Assembly: GCA_965197645.1 (NCBI GenBank)
Contig: OZ240219.1
Span: forward strand, 3,040,001 to 3,104,000
Length of the DNA stretch: 64,000 nucleotides
DNA from: Dehalococcoidia bacterium
GTDB lineage: Bacteria > Chloroflexota > Dehalococcoidia > Plut-88900
Direction: 5' to 3'
Shown here: piece by piece, positions 50,950-61,385 of the stretch
Layout of the letters: every line of letters begins with the position of its first letter
How positions within the stretch are numbered: the stretch's first letter is position 1
Made by a program: the position numbers and the translations under genes
The notes under the pieces: model-generated
What the model saw: the letters and a program-made list of their open reading frames with translations, nothing else
Told to the model about the DNA's origin: nothing
Databases searched by the model: none

Positions 50950-51240
50950 ATGAACAGAGACCAGGTTCTGAACACGCTTAAGAAACACAAGCCGACTCTT
51001 GAGAGGCGGTTCGGGGTAACTCGCCTTGCCCTCTTCGGTTCCTTCGCTCGTAACCAGGCCACAGATAAGAGTGACGTGGACATCCTGGTGCGGTTTTCCA
51101 GCCCACCGGATTGGCGCACATACTTCGGCGCCCAATTCTACCTGGAAGACCTGCTGGGACGATCAGTGGACCTCGCAACCGACCGTGAGCTACGCCACGA
51201 AATTCGACCCTACGTAGACAGGGAGGCGATCTATGTGTGA
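50950..51240 (+). CDS. MNT (MntA-type) nucleotidyltransferase antitoxin
   Basis: LFGSFAR..SDVDILV..LEDLLGRSVDL. Confidence 0.9.
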   Translation: MNRDQVLNTLKKHKPTLERRFGVTRLALFGSFARNQATDKSDVDILVRFSSPPDWRTYFGAQFYLEDLLGRSVDLATDRELRHEIRPYVDREAIYV

Positions 51241-51604
51241 CGCTGGGCACTCAGGGCGTGAGTGGCGCTTCTACGTTCGGGACATGATTGAGTTTGGGGG
51301 GAAAGTACTTACCTTCACAGACGGTTTGGACCAGAAGGCATTTGTTGCCGACGCACTCATTTACGACGCGACCTTGCGCAACATCGAACTAATCGGCGAA
51401 GCGGCGACACACGTTCCAGCCAGCGTGCGAGATTCACATCCCGATATACCGTGGCGTGCGATTGTGGGAGCTCGTAATCAGCTTGCACACAGCTACTTGG
51501 ACATCAGCGACAGCGTCATCTGGTCTATTGTTCAAGACGCTATCCCCAATCTGCTGCCTCAACTGAGGAAACTCTTGGATGATATGGAGCACCCGTCCCC
51601 ATGA
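51233..51604 (+). CDS. HepT/DUF86 HEPN RNase toxin
   Basis: RNIELIGEA, IPWRAI, RNQLAHSY (Rx4HxY). Confidence 0.9.
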   Translation: MCDAGHSGREWRFYVRDMIEFGGKVLTFTDGLDQKAFVADALIYDATLRNIELIGEAATHVPASVRDSHPDIPWRAIVGARNQLAHSYLDISDSVIWSIVQDAIPNLLPQLRKLLDDMEHPSP

Positions 51605-54600
51605 CTTCATCTCCCGCCAAGCTCAACGAGTATAACCACGCCGAGGAGCCGGCCCGCGTGCTACTGGAGCGGCTCGGCTGGACCTACGTGCCCCGGGACG
51701 CCTTGGCGGCGGAGCGGGGCGGCGAGCGGGAGGTGCTGCTGAAGGGACGGCTGAGCGCCGCCTTGCTTCGCCTCAACGAGTGGATGACCGAGGAGCAGGC
51801 CGACCGCGTCATCTTCGACCTGGAGCACGTCGACGCCACCGGCATGGCCCGCAGCCAGCGTGTCCATGAGTATCTCACCTACGGCATGCCCCTGACGACT
51901 GACGCGCCACAGGGCCGGAACACCCGCACGGTCCGCTTCTTCGACTTCGGTCACCCGGAGAACGGCCTCAACGAGTTCGTCGTTACCACCCAGTTCCGCG
52001 TCCGGCGCGGCAACGAGCCGGGCGGAACCGAGGACGACGAGCGCATGGTCATACCTGACCTGGTCCTTTTCGTCAACGGCATCCCTCTGGTGGTGATGGA
52101 AGCCAAGTCGCCGTCACTGCTGGACGTGTGGAGGTCCCAGGCGGTGCGGCAACTTCGCCGCTACCAGGAAGCTGGCCCGGAGTGGCACGGTAGCGGAGCG
52201 CCGGAGCTGTTCCACTACAACCTGCTGTGTGTCGCTCACTGTGGGGCCGCTGCGTCCTACGCCGCCCTCGGCGCTCCGGAGAACGCATACTTCGAGTGGA
52301 AGTCGGTGTTGCCCTACTCCGACGACGAAGTGCGGCAACGATTCAGCGTCGAACCCAAGGGCCAGGCGCAGCTCATCGTCGGGCTGCTGGCGCCGGCGCC
52401 ACTGCTGGACGTGCTGCGCGACTACGTGGTCTACGAGCCGGAACGGGGACGGCTGGTGAAGAAGTTGCCCCGCTACCAGCAGTGCCGGGCCGTGCGTGCC
52501 GCCGTGGAGCGACTGCTGACAGGCCGAAAGCCGGAGGAGCGCGGCGGCGTGGTCTGGCACACCCAAGGCTCCGGCAAGTCGCTGACGATGTTGTGGCTGG
52601 CTACGAAGCTGCGCCGCGAGCCGCGCTTTGCTAACTCAACCATCGTTGTAGTCACCGATCGGAATCAGCTGGACCGGCAGATCGCCAGTACCTTTGAGCG
52701 CTGCGGTTTCCCCGCGCCGGAGCGCATGGACCGCTCGCGCCCTAAACCGTCGGAGCGTAGGGCGCGGCGACGTCGAGAGAGGCCGGACCAGCCGGATCCC
52801 CTCGACTTGCAGACCGTGCTCAGGGAGGGCGTAGGCCGCACGGTGATGACCACTATCCAGAAGTTCGAGGAGGCACTAACCACTCCCAACGGCGAGCTGG
52901 ACGTGCTGAATCCCTCGGAAGATGTCCTCATTATGGTGGACGAAGCCCACCGCACTCAGTACGGCATTCTGGGTGGGCGCATGTCCAAGGCGCTGCCCCG
53001 TGCCGTGCTGATAGGTTTCACCGGGACGCCGATAGAGAAGAGCTTCAAGCACAGCACCGTAGGGCGCTTCGGGCCTATCATCGACTCATACACGATTCCT
53101 CAGTCAGTGGCGGACGGCGCAACGGTGCCCATCTACTACGAGGCACGTTTGCCCGAGTTGGCTATCGAGGGGCCGGAGGCACTGGATAAGTTGTACGATG
53201 CGATGTTCGGCGACGAGCCGCCGGAAGTGCAGGCACAGATTCAGCGTCGCTACGCCAACAAGGAGACCGTGGCAGAAGCGGAACGGCGCATCGAGATGAT
53301 CGCCCTGGATATCTCAGACCACTTTAGGGCTAAGCTCCGCCCCAATGGGTTCAAGGCGCAAGTCGTCGCCCCAAGCCGGGCGGCAGCCCTCCGCTACGCC
53401 GAGCGGCTGAACAGCTTTGGCGTGCACGCCTACCCGATCATCACCGCAGCTCCCAACGACGGCCCTGAGTTTAGGGCTGCCCGTGATCTCGACCAAGAAC
53501 AGATGATCAGCAATTTTGTAGACCCGGAGGGAGAGCCTGAGGTCCTGGTCGTGGTGGACATGCTGCTAACGGGTTTCGATGCGCCGGTGGAACAGGCTCT
53601 CTACTTGGACCGGGCGATGAGGGAGCACGCCCTGCTTCAAGCCATCGCTAGAGTCAACCGCCGGTTCTCACACAAGCTGGATGGAGTCGAGACCGAGAAG
53701 GCCTACGGCTTGGTAGTGGACTATCACGGCGTGTCCAGCGATCTGGAGGATGCCCTCTCTACCTTCGATTGGGCGGATGTGCAGGACGCGATGCGGGAGA
53801 TGGACGAGAACCCCGCGTCGGTAATAGAGGCGGCGGCCGTTCGGGTAGAGTCCCACTTCAAGGGTCGGGACCTGAGCGACACTTGGGCATGCATCACCAT
53901 CTTCGCTCCTGATGCCAAGACCGAAGGGAACTTCAAGGCAGACGTTTATGAGCGATTCAATGCAGACTACCGGCAGCTGTCCCGTCTCATGGATCGATTC
54001 CTGCCTGACCAGCGCGCCTTGCCGTACGTGGAACGGCTGGCCCGGCTGACTGAGATACGCGCCTACGCTCGAGCACAGTTCCTGCGTGAGAACGCGGATG
54101 TTGACTGGACTGAGATAGGGGCGAAGGTAAAACAGCTGGTCGATAAACGGATCGGTGCCGAGGTACGCTCGTTGATGAAACCAGTCTCGATCCTTGATAG
54201 CGACTTCGACCAGAAGGTAGCAGGGCTCCCGCATGACGAGGCGCGTGCGTCGATCATGGAGCACGCTATCCGGTCGCAGATACACGAGCGGCTCGGAGAG
54301 AACCCGGTGTTCTTCGAGAGACTCTCAGACCAACTTTCGCGGATTATCCAAGACCTGCGCGACCGAGTGATAGACTCCGCAGAGGCGTGCCGGCGCTTAG
54401 CGGCGCTCAACCATCAGGTCAAGAGCGAGGCTGACATCGCAACCGAGCACGGACTGACGCCGGTATCGTTTGCCATCTACGAACTACTCGACCGTGATCC
54501 GCACGAGCCGAGTTCAATCACAGCTGTCCGTGAAGAGAGAGCCTCCTACAGAACCACGTTCGACGAGGATACTAAGGGCATTGCGCGACAGGTAGAGTCG

Positions 54601-54774
54601 GTGATCGTTCGCCACAACGGGGTCGTCGACTGGCAGTCTAATGAAGAAGTCAAGCGGCTGATGCGCCGAGACATCAAGCGGGAACTCAGACAGACCGGCG
54701 ACTACACCGAGGACCAATTGGACGAGTTGGCGAGTAGAATCGTCGAGCTCGCCCAGAGGAGGAGCGGCCAGTGA
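51601..54774 (+). CDS. hsdR: type I R-M restriction subunit
   Basis: PDLVLFVNGIPLVVMEAK, WHTQGSGKS, DEAHR, FTGTP, MLLTGFDAP, QAIARVNR. Confidence 0.96.
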   Translation: MTSSPAKLNEYNHAEEPARVLLERLGWTYVPRDALAAERGGEREVLLKGRLSAALLRLNEWMTEEQADRVIFDLEHVDATGMARSQRVHEYLTYGMPLTTDAPQGRNTRTVRFFDFGHPENGLNEFVVTTQFRVRRGNEPGGTEDDERMVIPDLVLFVNGIPLVVMEAKSPSLLDVWRSQAVRQLRRYQEAGPEWHGSGAPELFHYNLLCVAHCGAAASYAALGAPENAYFEWKSVLPYSDDEVRQRFSVEPKGQAQLIVGLLAPAPLLDVLRDYVVYEPERGRLVKKLPRYQQCRAVRAAVERLLTGRKPEERGGVVWHTQGSGKSLTMLWLATKLRREPRFANSTIVVVTDRNQLDRQIASTFERCGFPAPERMDRSRPKPSERRARRRRERPDQPDPLDLQTVLREGVGRTVMTTIQKFEEALTTPNGELDVLNPSEDVLIMVDEAHRTQYGILGGRMSKALPRAVLIGFTGTPIEKSFKHSTVGRFGPIIDSYTIPQSVADGATVPIYYEARLPELAIEGPEALDKLYDAMFGDEPPEVQAQIQRRYANKETVAEAERRIEMIALDISDHFRAKLRPNGFKAQVVAPSRAAALRYAERLNSFGVHAYPIITAAPNDGPEFRAARDLDQEQMISNFVDPEGEPEVLVVVDMLLTGFDAPVEQALYLDRAMREHALLQAIARVNRRFSHKLDGVETEKAYGLVVDYHGVSSDLEDALSTFDWADVQDAMREMDENPASVIEAAAVRVESHFKGRDLSDTWACITIFAPDAKTEGNFKADVYERFNADYRQLSRLMDRFLPDQRALPYVERLARLTEIRAYARAQFLRENADVDWTEIGAKVKQLVDKRIGAEVRSLMKPVSILDSDFDQKVAGLPHDEARASIMEHAIRSQIHERLGENPVFFERLSDQLSRIIQDLRDRVIDSAEACRRLAALNHQVKSEADIATEHGLTPVSFAIYELLDRDPHEPSSITAVREERASYRTTFDEDTKGIARQVESVIVRHNGVVDWQSNEEVKRLMRRDIKRELRQTGDYTEDQLDELASRIVELAQRRSGQ

Positions 54775-55499
54775 CCAGGGGGGCCAGCGTCTGCTACGGC
54801 AACACGACCATTAACTACGAGGTCCGGCGAAGCGAGCGGCGCAAGAAGACGGTGCAGATAACCGTGGACGGCGGAGGTGTTCACGTGGCGGCACCCATGA
54901 CTACGCCCGACAGTGAACTAAGGGCCATCGTGCGAAAGCGATCCCCCTGGATACTGGGCCATGCCTCCAAGTCGATGCTGAAGGCCGCGCCCAAGCGTTT
55001 CGTGAGCGGCGAGACATTGCCCTATCTAGGCCGCAACGTCCGCATCCACGTCGAAACTTCCAATGTAGGCCAAGCGACCATCCGTTTCGACCACTGGCGC
55101 TTCAGGGTTGATGTGCCGGAGATCCTGCTTGGTGAGGAACGTAGCCAAACGATTAAGAGGGCCGTGGTCCGCTGGTATCGACACCGCGCCATCGAGCGGA
55201 TATCGGAGACTGTGGAACGCTGGTGGCCCAGGCTGGGTAGTGGAGAGATGTCACATGTACTCATTCGTGACCAGCGCCAGCGCTGGGGGAGCTGCGCACC
55301 CGATGGCACGTTGCGTTTCAATTGGCGTGCCGTCATGCTGAAGCAGGCCCTTATTGATTATGTAGTCGTGCATGAGTTGGCGCATCTGACTCACCGCAAT
55401 CATTCGACGGACTTCTGGGGTTTAGTGTCCCAGGTAGTACCGGACGCTAATCAACGACGCCTACAGCTGAGGGAAGACGGCCGTACGCTTCCGCTGTGA
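54771..55499 (+). CDS. YgjP/DUF45 (M48-like) metallopeptidase associated with type I R-M
   Basis: RWGSC, IDYVVVHELAHL..NHS..FW. Confidence 0.9.
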   Translation: MTRGASVCYGNTTINYEVRRSERRKKTVQITVDGGGVHVAAPMTTPDSELRAIVRKRSPWILGHASKSMLKAAPKRFVSGETLPYLGRNVRIHVETSNVGQATIRFDHWRFRVDVPEILLGEERSQTIKRAVVRWYRHRAIERISETVERWWPRLGSGEMSHVLIRDQRQRWGSCAPDGTLRFNWRAVMLKQALIDYVVVHELAHLTHRNHSTDFWGLVSQVVPDANQRRLQLREDGRTLPL

Positions 55500-56121
55500 C
55501 CCTCGTCTGTCTTGCGCAATAGGATCCCGCTAGTTCCTGCCGTCTTATCGTTCCCATCTCCTTGCAACCTTCAGCGTTCATGTTCCAGTTGCCTTTTTGC
55601 CCAGCCGGAAGTGAGCTCCTTCTCCCCGTCCTGGACCCCGTACACGGTGGCGAGCCACTCGCCGGTGTCGGGATGGCGCACTGCGTAGTAGAGGACGGCG
55701 GGCTTGCGATCGAAGACGGGCCTGGCTATGAAGCGCCCGTCCTTCTTCCTCTCGACGAAGTCCTCCTCTCCGTTGACCAGCTGCACCACCTCTCCGGGCG
55801 GGTCCTGGGCCAGGACTAGGTTGCTGGTTGAGACCATTAGAAGCGTCGCTAGGAGCAACGCGGCGGCCAGGGGCAGTAGCGCCCCGCTGTGACGGGGTTG
55901 GGATTCGATTGCAGCGCCATGGACTCCTCCCTGCGTCCGATGGATCCGAATGCACGCGATCGAGTGTGGAGGCGCCCGGTGCCGGGGGTATCCCCTGCAG
56001 GGGACTGCATAGATGTAACCCCCTCCAGGGAATTACACGGAGGCGGGCCGCCTGCGATTGCCTACGAGGTTTACCGGCTGTATTCTCTGTATCGAGACTT
56101 CTCAGCGAAAAGTTGGCCATA

Positions 56122-56220
56122 GAGCTTATCCCAAGAGGACGTACGCCTTGGTCCCAAGCCCCCCTGCCAGAGGGAAGCTTCCCTCTGGACTCCCTCGATC
56201 CCGGGTTCGGTGACAGGCTC
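56122..56220. mobile_element. second, internally deleted copy of the MITE (inverted)
   Basis: Reverse complement starts GAGCCTGTCAC, contains GTCCAGAGGGAAGCTTCCCTCTGGCAGGGGG and ends GATAAGCTC. Confidence 0.75.
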
Positions 56221-56398
56221 AGTACAGTACGGGCAGAGGCACCACCACCTTCTTCACTGTGCGGACGTGGACGAAGCTGCCGCCAGGATTGAGGAGTTGA
56301 GCGGCAGGACGATTCGGGTGGTTGAGGAGTACCGGACGCGGACTATCATAGCAGCTGATACCGAGGGCAACGAGTTCTGCCTGGTGGAGCACGTATGA
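56221..56398 (+). pseudogene. VOC/glyoxalase-family 3' fragment
   Basis: DVDEAAARIEELSG..ADTEGNEFCLV; 5' part interrupted at the MITE. Confidence 0.65.
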
Positions 56399-56452
56399 AG
56401 AGGATCGAACTTAGGTCTGATTAGCAATTTGACCAATTGCCTTGGAGGGACG

Positions 56453-57580
56453 ATGAATATTGAGACCATCGCCATTCACAGCGGACGCTCCGTCGATCCC
56501 AGCACAGGCGCGATCACTCCGCCGATACATATGTCCACCACTTTTGAGCGCGAGGCCGACGGGTCATACCCGCATGGGTTTGTGTACGGACGCTCCGGGA
56601 ACCCTTCTCGTACCCTCCTGGAGGAATGCGTCCGAGATCTCGAGGGAGGATCTGTCGCCTCAGCATTTGGTTCAGGGATGGCCGCCTTCATGAGTATCTT
56701 CCAGGCTCTGTCTCCCGGGGATCACGTCATCGCTCCTCGGGACATCTATCACGGTACGGCTCGTCTACTTCAGGGGATGCTGGCCCGGTGGAACCTGAAG
56801 ACCTCCTTTGTCGACATGGCGGACATCGATGAAGTCCGGCGGGCGATAAATTCCGCCACTCGGCTCATGATTGTTGAGACTCCCTCGAATCCCCTCTTGA
56901 AGATCACCGATATTGCAGCGATGGCAGAGGTCGCCCGTCAACGAGGAATTACCTGCGTCTGCGACAATACCTGGGCCAGCCCGGCGCTCCAGAGATGCCT
57001 TGACTTGGGGGCCGATTTGGTCCTCCATTCGACCACCAAATATCTGGGCGGTCACGGGGACGTAACCGGAGGGATTGTAGTGTCCGCCCGAGACGACGGG
57101 TTGTTCGAAGAGATTGGCAAGATACAGCGGCAAGCCGGAGCAGTCCCTTCCCCCTTTGATTGCTGGCTGGTTCTCAGGGGCATCCGCACCCTGCCTTACC
57201 GAATGAGGGCCCACTCGGAAAACGCCACCAGAGTGGCTAGATTCCTTAACGACCATCCCAAAGTTCTAGGGGCGTATTATCCGGGGCTGGAAGGTCACCG
57301 CGGCCACGAGGTCGCTCGCCGGCAGATGGACCTGTTCGGCGGCATGCTCTCTTTCCGGGTACTGGGAGGAAGGGAAGAAGCATTCAGGGTTGCCGCCAAT
57401 ACTACTCTTTTTACCAGGGCTACGAGCCTGGGCAGCTACGAAAGCCTCATCGAGCACCGGGCGTCTATCGAGGGGTCAGAGAGCCGAACTCCGGATGACT
57501 TGCTGCGGGTTTCGGTCGGGTTGGAAAACGCCGGCGACCTCATCTCGGACTTGGAGCAGGCGCTAACCGGCGGCCGTTGA
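56453..57580 (+). CDS. PLP-dependent transsulfuration enzyme (cystathionine gamma-synthase/lyase family)
   Basis: YGRSGNP, FGSGMAA, ETPSNP, DNTWA, HSTTKYLGGHGD, TSLGS, LRVSVGLE. Confidence 0.93.
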   Translation: MNIETIAIHSGRSVDPSTGAITPPIHMSTTFEREADGSYPHGFVYGRSGNPSRTLLEECVRDLEGGSVASAFGSGMAAFMSIFQALSPGDHVIAPRDIYHGTARLLQGMLARWNLKTSFVDMADIDEVRRAINSATRLMIVETPSNPLLKITDIAAMAEVARQRGITCVCDNTWASPALQRCLDLGADLVLHSTTKYLGGHGDVTGGIVVSARDDGLFEEIGKIQRQAGAVPSPFDCWLVLRGIRTLPYRMRAHSENATRVARFLNDHPKVLGAYYPGLEGHRGHEVARRQMDLFGGMLSFRVLGGREEAFRVAANTTLFTRATSLGSYESLIEHRASIEGSESRTPDDLLRVSVGLENAGDLISDLEQALTGGR

Positions 57581-57795
57581 GAGATTATCGCCGTAGAGTT
57601 CCACCGATAGCCAAACCAAGCTTTCCCAAGAACGTCGAGCAGGGGCAGGTATCCTTGTAAGGCCTACCTTCCGATCGCTATCGTCAGGGCAATCCGCCGA
57701 TCTCGACAGAGGTTGGGCCATCCCCGACACATAACCCACCGGTCCAGACCCGTATCAAGGGGCCAAAGCATCGCTCTATCAAATGTGGGTCAGGT

Positions 57796-58914
57796 TTACC
57801 TGCCCACGACACCTGAACCTATCTGTCCTCCGGCGCCTCTTAGCCGCGGGTCCAACAGGTCTCTGAGGGCGTCCCCCAGCATGTTAATGCCGAAGACCAC
57901 CAGCGTTACCATCAGACCCGGGAAGAAGGCTATCCAGGGGGCGGTCTCGAAGTACTCCTTACCCTGTCGGCTGAGCATTGCGCCCCAGGAGGGATTGGGT
58001 GGAGGGATGCCGAATCCCAAGAAGCTGAGCTCCGCCTCTCCCAGTATTGCATAGCCCAGGTTCAGCGTGGCGAGGACGATGATGGGGGCCATGATGTTAG
58101 GCAGAACATATACCAGATTGATTCGCAGGCTGGATGCTCCCATCGCCAGGGCAGCATCTACGTACACCTGCTGCCTGACCTCCAGCGCCGATGACCTGAC
58201 TATCCTAACCACCCAGGGGATAAATCCGATGGACAATCCGAACGTCACTTTGCCGATAGCCCACCAGTAAGCACCAAGCCATGGAATCGGTGGGTCGTCG
58301 GGCAGCATCGCCATGATGACTATAAGCAACACCAGATAGGGAAACATGTACCAGACGTCGTTTACACGTTGGATGGCATTATCTATCTTCCCGCCGAACC
58401 AGGCGGATACCATCCCTATCACCACTCCTACGGCCGTGCCTATGAACACGACCGTAAGGCCTACAACTATGGAGATCTGAGCGCCGTGGATGACCCGGCT
58501 CAGCATCGACCGACCGAGATTATCGTACCCCATTACTCCCCACGGGAATCCTGAGTCCTTTTGGAATCGGTCGTCAGGGTCCTTTGCCTTTATAGCAAAA
58601 GCCGTAGGCCCAGGTATATCAGCGTCAGTCTGTACAATGCCGAGGCTGCTGATGATGGGTTCACCGGTCTCCGGGTTTAATATTGGAACGATTTCGAGGC
58701 GGTACGCGTGGGTCTCGGTTTTTCCTTCCGGTGCGATAAAGTTGGCGAACACTCCGCCAATAATGAGCACCAGAATAATGGCCAACCCAACAGTGCCCAG
58801 GGGTTTGGTTCGGAGGAGTCTGGGCCACACCTCCAGGTAGAGAGGCAGCGACCTTCGACGCCGAAACTCCTCTTCCGGCCCACGTTCGGCTCTAACGGCT
58901 ACGCTTTCTGCCAT
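57796..58914 (-). CDS. peptide/nickel ABC transporter permease (DppC/OppC-like)
   Basis: MGYDNLGRSM, YVDAALAMGAS, LSFLGFGIPPPNPSWG, GDALRDLLDPR. Confidence 0.93.
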   Translation of the reverse strand: MAESVAVRAERGPEEEFRRRRSLPLYLEVWPRLLRTKPLGTVGLAIILVLIIGGVFANFIAPEGKTETHAYRLEIVPILNPETGEPIISSLGIVQTDADIPGPTAFAIKAKDPDDRFQKDSGFPWGVMGYDNLGRSMLSRVIHGAQISIVVGLTVVFIGTAVGVVIGMVSAWFGGKIDNAIQRVNDVWYMFPYLVLLIVIMAMLPDDPPIPWLGAYWWAIGKVTFGLSIGFIPWVVRIVRSSALEVRQQVYVDAALAMGASSLRINLVYVLPNIMAPIIVLATLNLGYAILGEAELSFLGFGIPPPNPSWGAMLSRQGKEYFETAPWIAFFPGLMVTLVVFGINMLGDALRDLLDPRLRGAGGQIGSGVVGR

Positions 58915-58974
58915 ATGCTCTACTCTCCAGGGGCACTTAGTGGGTTTGACTTTCCTATCTGCCTCTGGTTTGCG

Positions 58975-60951
58975 TTACTCGTACCTTATCCTGGGATTCA
59001 GCCACGCGTAGCTTAGATCAGTCGCCAACATGATGAACACAGTCAGAACCCCGAAGAACATCGTAACTCCTTGAATCAGCGGGAAGTCTCTGCTGACAAG
59101 AGCCTCGAGACCCAGCCGTCCAATGCCGGGTATAGCAAATATCTGCTCGACTATAATTTGCCCGCCGAGGGCCCAGAGCAGCTGGAGACCCAGTATGGTT
59201 ATTACGGGCAGCATTGCGTTTTTCATGCCGTGCCTGACGACCACCACCCGCTCCCGAAGCCCTTTGGACCATGCAGTCCTCACGTAGTCCTGGCGCATGA
59301 CCTCAAGCATCTGGGTTCTGGTCATCCGCATGATGCTAGCCATGCGCGGGAAGCCCGATAAAACGGCAGGAATTGCAAAGAACTTCAGGTTTTCTATCGG
59401 TGCGTCAAAGAAGAATTGGTATCGGAGCGGAGGCGCCCAGGCCCACCATAAACTGGGAAACACCAGGACCATAGAGGCGATGTAAAAAGTAGGGACGGAA
59501 ACGCCAAGAATGGCGACGATTCGTCCTGCATAGTCGCCCCAGCTGTCTTGGCGAATGGCCGAGATTATACCAATGGGGAATGAGAGTATGGCGAATACGG
59601 AGCTGAGCACCAGGAGCTCAACGCTGGGGCCCAGCGCATCCAGTATTCGCCCGGTCACGGGGACCCGGTCAACGAAGGTCTCACCAAGATTGCCGCCCAG
59701 TGCTCCCCACCTCCAGTACTTGTTTTCTGTTGTAACCCACGCCCGTGCCGAGCCGCTGCTGCTTAAACCTATGCTGACATCCCTGACAGGGTCCCCAATG
59801 GGGCCTATGATCTCCTCCTCTCCACCTCGTCCTCCCTTGATTATGATGATATCCCGCTTAATCCAGGAAGCACCGCCGTCCTCCGTGTAAAGTACAAGTC
59901 CACCGTCCCCCGCTGCAATCCCTTCGTTCGAGGTTCCGAACTGAATGGAGTTCAAGTTCGCATCGGTGGTTCCGCCGACCACTCCATCCTGAATATAGGT
60001 TGCGGTACCGGTCGACCAGGTTACCCCGCCGTTGCTGCTCTTGCTTACCGTGCCACCAGAGCCTACTGCCCAGACGGTAGATGAGTCGGAGAAGGTAACG
60101 TCGTTGAAGGACGTGCCGGTGTTGCTGGCCACTGGCGTCCAACTTGAGCCACTATCACTGGTCCACAGGATTGTCCCATTGTCTCCAACGGCTACACCGG
60201 AGGTGCCATCCGCATTGAAAGCTATTCCTTTGAGGTCGGCATCAGTACTGGAGCCCTGGGGTATCCACAATTCACCCGCGTCGGAGGTATAAAGGATAAT
60301 GCCTTTGTTGCCGACCACCCAGCCCTGGTCCGGGTCGATAAAGTCCACGTCCGTGAGCTTTTGACTGGTTCCGGTGGCCTGGTCGAACCAACTGGTCAGC
60401 GTTTTTTGGGCTTCAAACCTCCTGCTTCCGCCTTGATCGCTGTGGAGGATCATCCCTTTATCACCCACCGCCCACACGTTATCTTCGTCACCGAAGTCTA
60501 AGGCGTTAACAGTGCGATCACTCTTGTGCTGGTTCTGCCATACCCTTCCTCCATCGGCGGTGCCAAAGATAATGTTCTTCCCTATTGCCCAGCCTCTCTT
60601 GTCATCGATAAAGTGAGAGCTGGAAAGGGGCTCGACGGTGTCAGAACCGAGCTGGCGCCATCTTTCTCCGCCTGTGGTGGTCTGGTAGACCTGGGCCTCG
60701 GTCTCGGGAGCGCCCAGAACCCAGCGTATATACTGGCTCTCGGTCCAGAAGCACTTGATCCCCATACATAAAAAGGGCTTGTCAAGGCCCAACTTCTTCT
60801 CGGCAAATTCTCTGTCTTCCCCTCGGATCGCTCCCTGCGTCATGATGTCTATAACATCGCCAGGGAGTAGGAAGATCATCCCCGCGATAAGGAAAGAGGC
60901 AAGAAGGAGGGTGGGGAACATGAGAAAGATTCTACGGATAGCGTAATTCAT
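58975..60951 (-). CDS. ABC permease (DppB/OppB-like) with inserted YCF48/BNR beta-propeller
   Basis: YAIRR..LPGD N-terminus; repeated GxILxTxDGGxxW; DYVRTAWSKGL; DLSYAWLNPRIRY. Confidence 0.9.
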   Translation of the reverse strand: MNYAIRRIFLMFPTLLLASFLIAGMIFLLPGDVIDIMTQGAIRGEDREFAEKKLGLDKPFLCMGIKCFWTESQYIRWVLGAPETEAQVYQTTTGGERWRQLGSDTVEPLSSSHFIDDKRGWAIGKNIIFGTADGGRVWQNQHKSDRTVNALDFGDEDNVWAVGDKGMILHSDQGGSRRFEAQKTLTSWFDQATGTSQKLTDVDFIDPDQGWVVGNKGIILYTSDAGELWIPQGSSTDADLKGIAFNADGTSGVAVGDNGTILWTSDSGSSWTPVASNTGTSFNDVTFSDSSTVWAVGSGGTVSKSSNGGVTWSTGTATYIQDGVVGGTTDANLNSIQFGTSNEGIAAGDGGLVLYTEDGGASWIKRDIIIIKGGRGGEEEIIGPIGDPVRDVSIGLSSSGSARAWVTTENKYWRWGALGGNLGETFVDRVPVTGRILDALGPSVELLVLSSVFAILSFPIGIISAIRQDSWGDYAGRIVAILGVSVPTFYIASMVLVFPSLWWAWAPPLRYQFFFDAPIENLKFFAIPAVLSGFPRMASIMRMTRTQMLEVMRQDYVRTAWSKGLRERVVVVRHGMKNAMLPVITILGLQLLWALGGQIIVEQIFAIPGIGRLGLEALVSRDFPLIQGVTMFFGVLTVFIMLATDLSYAWLNPRIRYE

Positions 60952-61048
60952 ACGGCTATTCCCCAAGCTAGATCATACACCTAAGATCGCGAGCAAGAAT
61001 AAAACGGTAGGCGTTGAGGGGGTTAAACTCTAGTGCTGAGTTTTGCCG

Positions 61049-61077
61049 AAGCTATCATACCGCTACTATCGTGTCAA
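61049..61077 (-). promoter_or_regulatory. putative promoter of the permease genes
   Basis: TTGACA-17 nt-TAGCTT with TGn extension, minus strand. Confidence 0.5.
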
Positions 61078-61267
61078 CGTAATTAGAAGCTGGACAATAC
61101 CAAAAACAACACCGCTCACGATGTGTGATTCGTCCGTAGACGGCGGAAACGAGGTGCTAATAACCGGAGACTTTTACTAACTGTTTACCTTTATTGTCGC
61201 CCTTCATAGTTCTTAGAAACGCCTCCGGAGAATTCTCTATCCCATGGGCAATCTGCTCCAGAATTGG

Positions 61268-61296
61268 TTGACAGACAGTCTGCATCATGTTAGATT
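61268..61296 (+). promoter_or_regulatory. putative promoter of the SBP gene
   Basis: TTGACA-17 nt-TAGATT with TGn extension. Confidence 0.6.
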
Positions 61297-61385
61297 TTGC
61301 TCTCCCTCTCCCCGGCATATCCTCCTAACCCAGGCACCATGTCGATACTTGGTAAGCTGCAATAGTCCCAGTACGGAGGCAAACA

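Noticed and set aside
55571-55858. Small secreted-looking ORF
   Set aside because: Plausibly a gene fragment, but it has no family signal, start context or clear end; left uncalled.
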